From Oculina patagonica (taxonomy: Eukaryota): DNA of 64,000 bases. Positions 48,179 through 60,100 of this stretch are shown here, in pieces (the first letter of the stretch is position 1; each line of letters begins with the position of its first letter). The translations under genes and the position numbers were made by a program. The stretch lies in the NCBI RefSeq assembly GCF_052425735.1, contig NC_135759.1, positions 25,730,001 through 25,794,000 of the forward strand, in the 5' to 3' direction. The notes beneath the pieces are model-generated. The model did not search any database and was not told the origin of the DNA. It saw only the letters and a list, made by a program, of their open reading frames with translations.

Positions 48179-51100
48179 ATGACTGAAGTCCTGTCCGATT
48201 CGAAAACTTACTTATCGCCAGAAGCGATTTTCAAGCGGACTTCCAGCGAGCCTGATATCTTTGCTGCGGGTGTACGACAGAGGACATGTAGCAATGCCTC
48301 TCAGCTGCAATACAACCGAGCGCGAGAAAGATCGAGAGCTTCGTTCGTAAATAAAGAAAGGTCTCGATCGCCTTCGCCAAATGCTGCTTCGAACTACAGT
48401 GACTCTGAGGGACAGATGGTCGTAGACGGAAGGTGAGAGCAAAATAACTCTTTGCATCTTATCAAATTGTAGCCATGTATAAAATTGATTTGAATTGCTA
48501 TCTCTCTTTGAAAACAGATCAACTATAGATACATTTAGACTATTTTTATCTCAAATTATGAAACGAAAAGCTAAAAGCATACGTGTTCTTTCAGGCGCTG
48601 TAAACTTGTTTTCAAGGAAGTACATTCATGTAATTGTGATCGATGTATGAGGAAGTTGAGCCATAAATTCTCATCATTTTAAGTTGTTTATAATCCTTCC
48701 AGCTGTTTCTAGAATAGGTCAGCTTAATTGCTTTATTGTGTTTTCTCTCATGATCTTTTAATAGGTTTGTTATTTCACAAGAGTATTTTCATTTTGAAAG
48801 GAAAAGCAGTTTTCTGCTCACAATTTATCAATCTAAAATCCTTCATGAACATTCTACAAGTTTTTGAGGAACATATGACAGAACAACAGACCCTGGATCA
48901 GTTGAGGCCCATGGTTTTGAGCCCTGACAACTGTTTTGTTTTTGTCCAAATATGCTGTGTTCCAACAAGACATAAAATTTTATGTTACCTTCTGTAAATT
49001 ACAGTGGAAGCTCTCGTAAGCGGACACCCTCGGGACACGAAAAAGTGTCCATAACTGGAGCTGGCCACTTACAAGGTGTAGGGGATAGATGGCCGCTTAC
49101 GGGAGCATATGCATCCTGGGATGCATGTAAGGGGTGTTTCGAAATGTAATTGGACGTGGATGACGGCAAAACAAACACTGAAGTATGGTACTGTAAATAC
49201 TGTAAAATCATTGTGACAAACGGCGATGTGAAGTAGACTGATAAAAATAAGATACAGAGGTTGTTAATAGGATTTTGTTTGGGTTGTCGGCTTACGGGAG
49301 CTTAAAAACAAAGAAAAAGTCTAAGTCGTAATCTATGAAAGTGTCCGCAGCCGCTTACGGGAATGTCCGCTTACGAGAATGTAAAAATACAGAGTTTGTA
49401 TGGGAGTTAAAACGGGGTTTCAAACAAGGCGGCCGTAAGTAGAGCTGTCCGCTTACGAGAGTGTCCGTTAACTCTTTCATGTCCGCCCTTTAAAATATCA
49501 GTCGCTGAAGACTGATGACAAAAAAAATTCGCATTTATTAGCGTTACATCCATTCGCCGCCAAACTTTACAAAAAGCGTGACTAGATAATTACCCAGTCC
49601 CTCCGCAAATTTCAGCTGAAACACTTCAATGTGGCATACACGACGAATAAGCCCGCTCAGTCAAAAGTTCGAAATCACACGCGGTGGAAGTTATCGATCG
49701 CGGTCGATCGCTACTAGCCCAGAGAGAGTTCTCTAGCTCCTGGAACAAAAAGATTACACCAAAGATGGAATTTCAAGCGATGAAGAAAGTGATTTGGATC
49801 GACAGCTTTAAATTTAAGCGACGAATCGGGGTAAGAATTGAGTAAACATTACGCGAGTGAAAACTGAGTCGCACGTGTCGAACCACACGCCTGGTCTGAA
49901 ACGCGACAAAACGCTGTATTTAGTCGACTTCTTACGTTCAAAACCTTGCTGATACTTTGAAATAAATGTCTTGGTTATATTTGAGCTTTGTGAGATCCAT
50001 ATTTTTGGAGGAAAAGGGGTTTTGAGACAACAGATGTGAAGACAATTTAGTGTAATTTATGCAGAGCGTCTGCAAATAAATTTAACTCGAATTGCACAAT
50101 CGGAAATGCAATGATATGCTTTATATAGTTCACTTTTTACGTTCAAAACCTTGCTGCTACTTTAAAATGAATGTCTTGGTTATATTTGAGCTTTGTAAGA
50201 TCGATATTTTAGGAGGAAAAGGGTTTTAGGACAACAGATCAAAAGATAATTTGAGTTGAAGCTTCGTGTCAACAAGAAGCTCGAATTTCACCTATCACGT
50301 TTCATCTGCGTCAATTCAAAAAATTGCCAAAAATTTCAGAATTAATCTTTTTTAACCAAAATTGCTGCATACTTTGGCAATATAATATGAAACACTTTTG
50401 TTTTTAAGCTTTTCTTGGAAACTTTTACCATTTTTAGGTTTGTTTATTTTTGTCCATTATCTTTTGCAAATTTATGCTAATTTATGTGAATTAAATTAAT
50501 GTATTCAAAAGTATTATGGGTTGTTTCGGACAAAAAAATTTTTTTTCTGGAAGCCTATTTCATATGCTTTCAAATGAGGTATGGCTTTTATCTCAATTCT
50601 AAATCCCAGCTGAGAAATAAAATTAAGAAGGACAAAGGTCAATTTTGACAGTAATTTGACCTTACAGCAAAGAGTTAAGGGAGCTTCGACTGTATGTTGT
50701 ACCCTGTACCTGACAAGCCTTGTTCAATATTATGACAAGAACGTATCACATGACTAACCTCAGAACTTCACAGCACTCATATAACATGTAAGATTAAGCC
50801 AGAGACATTGTCGTAGTCACTTATGAACACAAACCCTCCAGGCAGTGTGCTTGCCTTAGTAAACTTTTTGCTATTTAGTAGGCAGACAGCTTGCTGAGCC
50901 CTAACCCATTGGGCAAGTAAACATGAAAGCAGGAAAACTACTTTTCCCGGAGAAAGCTTTCATAGTGGGCTATGAAATAGATGTACCACTAATATTTACT
51001 TGTAACTGTATTTATTTATTTTGTTTTAATTTTAGTCCACTGAATGATAGCATCAACAGCGAAGAATTCACCTTCAGAGATCGTGCGCCTACATCTCCAA

Positions 51101-54100
51101 GTCGTGAAGAAGTGAAAGCACAGGCATTTGAAAGGCTTCAAGAAGAATTAAATAAAGCTCAAGAGGTGAGAAATCGACTTACAGTAAACACAGGTGCCAT
51201 AGACTAGTAAGATAGAATATTTGTGCACATTTTAATTGGACACATGTTTTAGGTTTAAAGTAGTCAAAACCTAAGCTCAAGGTTTTGGCATTTTTTGCAG
51301 GAAAATGACGTCATGAAATTTGCGCCAAATTTTGGCTTTATACGTAGTGTTATAGGATATCCAATGTTACCATTTGAAAGAGCCTTTCACAAGGATCTCA
51401 AAACTGAAAAAAAAATTGAAATATGTCTATCCACTCAATGACATTTTGAAATTTGGATTTTGTGCTATTTTAAGTAACAAAATGGCGGGAAATCTTTTGA
51501 GTGGATATGAATGGATATGGACTAATATGGTAGTGAGTACATTCTTTACTCATTTTTCTCTTATCTGGAAGGCTGAAATTTGCAAAATTTGAAAAGAATA
51601 TCATTATGTGTGTTGAAAATTTGAACATACAATACAATTACCGGTATGTTTTTAACTAAAACATATAAATTTCTTCCCGTTTCTCTAAACGACAAACTGG
51701 TCAAAAATAAACAACAACAAAAGCAGCACTAGCCGTATGTTTGATGCTTATAACATTTCTGCAAGAAGTTATGTACCAAACACTTGTAAATGTATTGGAA
51801 CTATCAATAATTGGTATGACACCTTAGGATGTATTGGAACTTTCAATAATTATTATTGAAAGTTCCAATCATCCTAAGGTGTCATATAATCTAAGAATAT
51901 TCTCAAGAATATTTTCAGTAATAAATAAATAAATAATAATAAATAATCAACTTTATTTATAGAGGGTTAACACATAACAGTAAAAAACTGACAAACCAGT
52001 GGCCCTCTAATATAAAATACAATCAAGAACTTAAAATAATGCTAAAAATCTAACAATCTAAAATTACAAAATTTAGTTAAAAATACACTATAATATAAAA
52101 ACTAGGTAAAAATTACTCTAAAATGACGAAATTGATATAAAAGAATTAACTAAAAAGTAAAATGATCTACATGTTTGTATGTATCTTTAAAAAATTCAAA
52201 CGTAGCCTTCTTAAAACTTACTAAACTAGGCTTGTTCCTTATGATGCTGGGTATAGTATTCCAGAGGCGTGTAGTCGATACTGTGAAAGACCTTCCGCCT
52301 TCTGACTCCCGTTTGAATCGGGAGCAGACAAGGTTTAGTAGTCCATGTCTGCTCGATCTTTCATTGATGTCGGCGTTTCTTATCAGCATCTGTGACAAAT
52401 AATTTGGACAGTCCCCAGACAGTCGTTTGTATACCATTGATAACCTATTTACATTTGCCTCATGATAAAATGGAACCCAATCCAATTCCCTAAACAGTTG
52501 TACGCTATTCGCTTTAGTATCCGCATTTAGTATTACACGTGCTGCGCGTTTCTGAAGTTTAAATACTCTTTGTAAATTCTCAGCAGAGCATGATGTCCAC
52601 ACGGTTGATGCATATAGCATTGTCTGCTTGATCATAGCATTATAATAGAGTTTCCTTTGATCAAGAGGCAGAGAGCGTCTTATTTTTCGTAACACGGCGA
52701 TTCTCTGCGATAACTTCGTGCATAGATTTTCGACATGTTGGTCAAAGGTAAGCTGGCTGTCAATCGTGACCCCAGTGCCGTAGCAAGGGGAGGGGCCGGG
52801 GGGGCCCGTGCCCCCCCAGTTTTTTTTCCCAAAAAGTAAAAACAGACCTGTATGAAATGTTGAAAATAAAATTTTATCTCCCGAGAGGTTTGAAGCAATA
52901 ACATTTGTACTTCTTTTCATTTTTTAACGTACGTAGGGTGATGCACAACAATATTAAACAGCCAAAAACTAAAACAAACCAGAAATCGTTACAACAATGT
53001 GAAAAAATGTCTCAAATGTCTATAAAATGTCTCAAAAATGTCTCAAATTCGCGATATGCGTAAATCACAAATAGCTCTTGGAGAATGCTGGAAATAGCAT
53101 TTCCAAGCCGCTAGATTTCAAAATTTTCTGGGGGGGCTGCCCCCAGACCCCCCTAGTGGCTCGCGCCTCCGGCGCTCACGTGCCCCCCCACTTTCTTTAC
53201 CCTTGCTACGGCACTGTGACCCCTAATAGTTTATGCGAGCTCACTTGTTCAAGTTCAGTAGAATTTACGTGTAACTGCAGAGTGGACTGTTCCAGTTTCT
53301 TGCCTAATCTTTTACCAGTAACAAGCATGGATTTTGTTTTGGATTCGTTTAGAATCATTTTGTTGTCTGCTGACCAGTTCATAATTTCATCAATATCCGT
53401 CTGAAGGCCGTTTGAGATGTCGTTGGGTGCCGCCATATAATGGGTGGAGTAGCTAAAGTTGACATGAAAGTAGTCTGAAGTTGATATGAAAATAAGAATA
53501 TTCAGCCTGGGCTGGAATAAACAATATTCTTATGGAAAGAATATTATTGTTTTCTTGAAAGGGTCTGATAAAGCGAGGTTTTCACTTAGGGGAGGTTAAT
53601 ATGAGTATGTGCTTAGGAGAAATATCCACTTACAGGAGGCTGCATGTACCGTAAAAGATCTAATAAACGTCGGGGGCGTCTATTAAATTTTTGGGGTCCT
53701 AGGGGAGGCGTTAAATAGATATGAGGCATTTATTAGAGAGAGGCGTTTATTTCAATTTAACAGTAACAAAAACAAATAGGATGGGTAGTTTTCTAGTGGA
53801 GTAAGTGCACAACAGAGTTGGTGAGTAGGAGACTAATCTAATCTGCGCTAATGCAAAATGTAGAGATGTTGTTCATAGTTCGATATCGATGTTTTTATCG
53901 TCATCAGGGTCAACCATGTTGGCGTTGTTGGCCTCTTCAATGTCCGAGTCAAGCAAAAAACTAACTTAATTGTGGGATTTTACTCTATGGAGCATTTCCT
54001 TGGGTTTTGAGATGATTCTTGGAGGGGGGCGTCTATTAGACACGGGGCGTTTATCAGAGAGGGGCATCTAATACAAACTTTGCTGATCAGGGGAGGCGTT

Positions 54101-57100
54101 TATTAGATACGAGGCGTTTATTTGAGAGTGTGCGTTTATTAGATCATTTACGGTATGTCTATAAGTAAGGCAAAAACTAAGATTTCTAACGGTCCTGACT
54201 ATTATGTTCCCCTGAAGGAGCTCAAACTAAAAGATGAACAGTGTGAGAAGCTGTCCAGAGTTAGAAATGAGTTGGAATCAGAGTTGGAAGAATTGACAGC
54301 GAGCTTGTTTCAGGTTTGTAAATGTTACATTTGACATGGTAGCACCATACTGTTCATTCATTTCTTGATTGTTTAACTGGTTTAAAAATTTAACAAGCCC
54401 ACTGGTGTGGGGAAGGTCACATGTGGGTTCGATTCCCTTCAAGGTCTCAAATTTTTTCTTTGTCCTATGCCTGGTGATAATAGAAATTACACAATAAGTA
54501 ATGTTAACTGATGAAGTAATTGGAATTGAGATAAGTGATTTTGTGCATGCATATCTCTATAGTAAAGGAAGCATTTGAACCCAGGCTACTGCCCTATGCT
54601 GACAATGATGATTACCTTATAATAGGAAATTACCGTAAAGTTCCGTGTATAAGCCGCACCCGTAGATAAGCCGCACCCCCGATTTGGAAGCTCAAATTTT
54701 GGAAAAAAAAAATATACAGACCATAAAGTTTGAAGTTCAAGTGAAGTTCTATTGGTAAACAAACAAGGGCAAACAAGCACGGTTTCGAGACACTGACACG
54801 GTGGTTGTTGCAATGTTTAATATAAATTAAGTCTTATGAAAGCTAAATTTCACTTGTCATACCTCCTTTTTAGTTTGAGTTCACAATATCTTAAACTTGG
54901 ATGCTCTCTTGATATCATTTTTTCGAGATTATCACTTCTAAACACTCCTGAAACACTTGTAATTCGTTCGAATCGTTCGCGAATGATGAATGCTTAGTAG
55001 CCAAGCTCTGAATTGTAGAGAGGAGTCTGGGCATTAAAAACAAACATGGCGGCATTTCCTTCGGAAGAAACCACGTTTTTATTTCAAGATTCTTGGAAAC
55101 TGCTACCCGCAACAGGATAAAAACTTCATGCAGAATAAGAGTTTGTTAATCCAGCAGATATATTTGCTGTTAAGGTCAATAAAAAACCGAAGCGGTCGGC
55201 CATTTGCCTTGTGAGTATTTGCGTTTATCTTGGTGCCTTCTCGCACCTGTCGCACGTAGCGGAAAGACATGATTCGAAGTGACTGGCAGGCTTCACTGCA
55301 AACAGCTTTGCAGAGGAACTAAAAGGTAGTGAACAACAACAAAGTTTTCAGGTTGTTATATGTTTATTCAATGACGTCTTGAGAATTTTTTTTATGAATA
55401 TTAATTAGGCCTTTGAGAACTCCAACCAGAGATGTTTCCGTAGATAAGCCGCACCCCCCGATTTTTGACTTGAAATTAGAGGAAAAAGGTGCGGCTTATA
55501 CACGGAACTTTACGGTAACGCTTGTGTTAATTAAGGTATATTTTGAAATTAACGCGACTTAAATTAACGCGAATTGAAGGAAAAACTACTTCCCAATAAA
55601 GGAAATTAACGCGAAAAAGGGAGTAATATTTCAAAATGAAGGAAATTAACGCGACGTACACAAAGAAAAAACACTTGTTGAGACAGCAGGAACAACTTTA
55701 TTTCTACATTAGGCGTATAATCCTAAAATAGGAAGAAATCTGACCGCCTCGAGCGTTCTTCACAGTATCACTGATACTGGCAGATTTCCACCCTGATGAA
55801 GTTATGCCATTTTCTAGAAATCAAGAAGGACTGGACTGTATCGAGAAATTGGGACCAAAATAATGGAAATTAAGGTCATGGAAATTTATGCTCCACTTAA
55901 TTAACGGCGCGGAAATTAACGTTAACAAAAATTAACGCGACTTAAATTAACGCGAATTTAAAAAATTCGCGTTAATAATAAAATGACTGTGGCTTGTGTT
56001 TCACCCTACATTTTTCATTTTTTTTCATTTCATTTATTTATTCCATTTCAAAATTACAATGATTAAATACAAAGGGAAAATGGAAAAGTGCAAAATATTA
56101 TAGAAAGCTAATTTGATGCCTTGATTTAATTATATTTGTAACAATTTAGGATAAAAATATAAACTTAACATAGGAGAGGAAGAGGTTTGAAGTAGTTAGT
56201 ACTGAGCAAAATAAAACTGGTAATATAAGTGCTTTTTAAACAAGTTTTTTAAGTTGGCATTTTACATATAGATAAGGAAGGTCATTCCAGTAGTGACATG
56301 CGACAACAGTGGGGCGAAATTCCTATTATTTATTTATCCTTATATTCACCCTACACTTCTTTTGTACTCTTCTCACTTTCTTACATATGTGCGTGCCTTA
56401 TAACAGAACAAAGCATGGTCAAGGCCTTTTTTTATTTGTTAAGTAAGAGAAATTCAACAACAAAGAAAACAATATGACTTTCTTGCACTAGAAAGGTAAT
56501 TTGACATGTAAATTGTTTTATCAGGAGGCACATGCCATGGTTCGAGCAGCTAAAGTTAAACAGGCTGCAGCAGAAAAGAGGTTCAAAGAGGCAAACAACA
56601 AGGTTGGTGTAAATGCAACTCCTGTTAGGTCTTAATTTCATACTGTACTGAGTGTACATACTAGTTATGTAACACTTTCGAGTGGTATACCATGGAATAT
56701 CCAGGGCTAGAGACTAACGGTAGCCAACTAGCCAAAGGCTAGTAAAAATGCAGTTTTGGCTAGTAGGTTTTGGCCTTTCACTAGCCAAAATGGCTAGTGA
56801 AAAAATCAGGCATTAGTGGCAAGAAACCACATAAATTTATTAAAATCATCTCTCAGAGAATATAACTAAGTAAACTGTTGACATTATAGAATGTGAAGCT
56901 TTAAACAATCTAGTTGACAAAGACGCATAATGTACATGTACAATTTTTATTGTGAAGAACAAAGCCCAATTTTGTAAGAAGAAAAAAAACTTGAAGATTT
57001 AAGGAACATTTTTCGCCTCAAAGTTTAAACATTATCGCACATTGTTTTCACCCTCCCCCCCCCCCCCCCCTTAAAAGAAGAACTATGCTTTAAGATTGTG

Positions 57101-60100
57101 GCTAGTAGAAAATAAGTTTTGGCTAGTGAAATCAAAGCTGTCACTAGCCACTTGGCTAGTTAGCAAAAAAGTTAGTCTCGAGCCCTGAATTATCCCACGA
57201 GGCACTTGTATTTTTGCAGTATACAAAAATATACCGTAAGTGACAAGTGGGGTATTTCATGGTATACCATGAAAAAGTGAACATTGCATATTAACTATTT
57301 TATACCATGCCATAGAAAATATGCTGCCTAAATTTCCCCGGGACAAAAGGCCACAGTGCACGATGGGAAGGTTCAGTTGAATAGATTGGCTGTATTTTCT
57401 ATGGCATGGTATAAATATGTGTTGTAAACCTTCACAAACCACACTTGTAGGTAATCCACACCCCAAGTTTAAGCCCAAAGTTATGAAAAAATACAAAACA
57501 ATGAAGTTCCAAGTTTATAGATCACTGAATATTGTATGATGAATCTTTTTCGATTCCTCTCCAGGTCGTTCTCTTACTAATTTTACCATCAATAACTCAA
57601 ACCCCTGATATCTCAAACCTTTTTCGATTCCCCTTGAAGGTTCAAGTTATCAGGATTCAACTGTACTCCTAGCTGCTTCATGGTACTAAAACTGGGAGAA
57701 GCTCCAGCCTGATGGGCCACTGGACTTAAACACAGACTTTACCTTTTTCCACTTTACCATTTATACTTTTGAGATTATCAGTTATGACTTTTCATTTTAA
57801 TTTGTGTTGTGTTGCTTTATCATAAGGTTGAAGTTCTTCAAGCAGAAGTTTCAGCTCTAAAACATTTGGTGTTAACCTCTACATCATCACCTGGTCATTC
57901 AGGAAGACTGGCTTGGCGGCGACATAGCACTGAGCACCTTAGCCCGTGTCCTGACTGTAACTCGTATGATTGTGATGCTGCTGTAGCAAGATATGATGGA
58001 ACATGTCTTCATGCTAAAAATTCCTTATCAGATGAATCTGAGGTTGGTCCAGACAGTACTATATCTGTCCTGCTTGCTTATCTGTTCCTGTACACTAAAC
58101 AGAAAAGGATGGATAGTGCTATCCACCATATAAATTACTATCCAGTGGATAATGATTGATTGAGTGGATAGCATTTTCCATCCTTCAAACAACCGGGACC
58201 AGATGACCACTGTATGTTATATGTATGTTTTTTCTGACTGTTGTTCTTGTCAGTGGCTTTTTCTGTAAGTGGTGAATGAGTAAACAGAAAAGAGAGCTGT
58301 TACTGGGTACCTTATCTCCACCTTTGGTATCCCATTTTGTAGGAGTTAAACAAGTCATGATCGAAACTCTTCTTTGAAGAGACTGTGTTGTTCCTGTGGT
58401 TTTATCTCGCTGTAATGAAATTTTCAGGGAACTAACCTGGTGTACAAAATGTTATGAACAGCAAAATACCCTGAGTGTAGTTTGATCAGGGCATCTGTAT
58501 CCATGGAATTTCTGGACTAGGACTAAAGACATTCATGAGTGATATATCTATTTTATAATATTAGTATTTTTATATTTTATATCTATTTTATAATATTGTT
58601 TTTTTTTTTTTTTTTTTGTGTCCCCATTGTTTTGTAATCCATTACACTTAATAATTTTGTAGTCAAGGACTGAAGACATTCATGATTTAAGGCTTTTTGA
58701 ACTTTCCTTTTAAACTTTAACTGCTGGGAATGATCAATGTTGAATTTCTCCTTTTAGTGTCCATTCAAACAGACATCTACATAGATTACATGTATTATAT
58801 GCTTAAAAGGGCTTTTTCCTTAATCTAACTTTTAAAAAAATATGGCAATGAGTGTTTTGAGCTTTTGAGAGAAAAGATACAGAAAACTGTATTGCTGTAA
58901 ATTTGTGTGCGTCTATAAGAAATCCAGCTCGTAGGGTTCATATATTATACTAACATATAGGTACTATCATTACATTGTACTTTTCACTTAAAATCAGAGG
59001 TTTTAGTTTCTACCTGAAATGAATTAATGTCTATTAAAATTGTCTTTCAGGTTGATGTTATTCTTTTCCGAGAGTTCTTACAGTGGATGGATGAACGTTC
59101 TGTTTCCCATGATCAGCCATTTTTAGCTAGGATTTACAAGGAAGACGTAGGACCTTGTTTGAACTTTCCCAACAAAGAGGTACAGACCTTCGATGATCTA
59201 GCACATTCAATCTACAGTCTACACACACGTCGTCTCTGTATATAGTAATCATGAATTTCCTGTTTGTCATTTAGCACATCTCTGCTACGCGTAGAAGTGT
59301 TGTCCCTTCCAGAAAGTGTATGTCTCCTTTGTTACCAATTTACCGTTGGTACATGATCAAATTGTCAGCCGTAGCTTTGTTGACCTTGTTGGTGTGGGTC
59401 ACCTAATCAGGAGCTACTGTTACTTTTATTGGCATGTTTGTATTTAACACTAGATGCCAGTCTCCTGATTTATGGTATAAAATAATAATAAATGAAATGT
59501 AATTATTTTTTTTTCTCAGCTTGCCTTAGCAGTACACAGTGCAATTGAAAACAATACTCTAATGATGGAAACGTTCACTGGTAAACCAGTATTTAGGTAT
59601 GCTAACTACTGGCAATATTAGGAACATGTGAAGTAAATAACACACTGTTCACATCAGTATTACATCATATGATATTAATATATTAATTAATATAATTAAC
59701 TATAAACAGATGTAATGAATATGTACTACAACAAGGCACATAAAAATTTTATCCTCTTCCGTCTGCTAAAACTAATCCTAGCAGTGTACAGGAAGTTTGT
59801 CACATTGAAAGTTGAAGCCTAGTTTAATGGCCTATCTCCCACTAGTACCCTGTAGCTCCATGGTAGATAGTCTGACTGTCAGTGTTTGGAAAGTAAGAGT
59901 TTAGACTCATGTCATTAACTGTTTGATACCTTTCTCAACTTACATTCTCTTTGTACCTTCTTTCTTTGATTATGCTAAATGGCTGGGACACCTACATGTA
60001 TTGCGAATTTTATGTGTTTTTTGTCACCTCAAAGATAAATATCTTTTATTTATGGTATCTCTCCCTTCTCTGACTCAGTCAGTTATATCATTGTCTCATT

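Noticed and set aside
46907-48179. Functional operon-like coupling of ILPs with the exocytic Rab GEF
   Set aside because: Adjacency alone gives no evidence of co-regulation. ILP-C has its own AATAAA signals. Kept only as a synteny observation.
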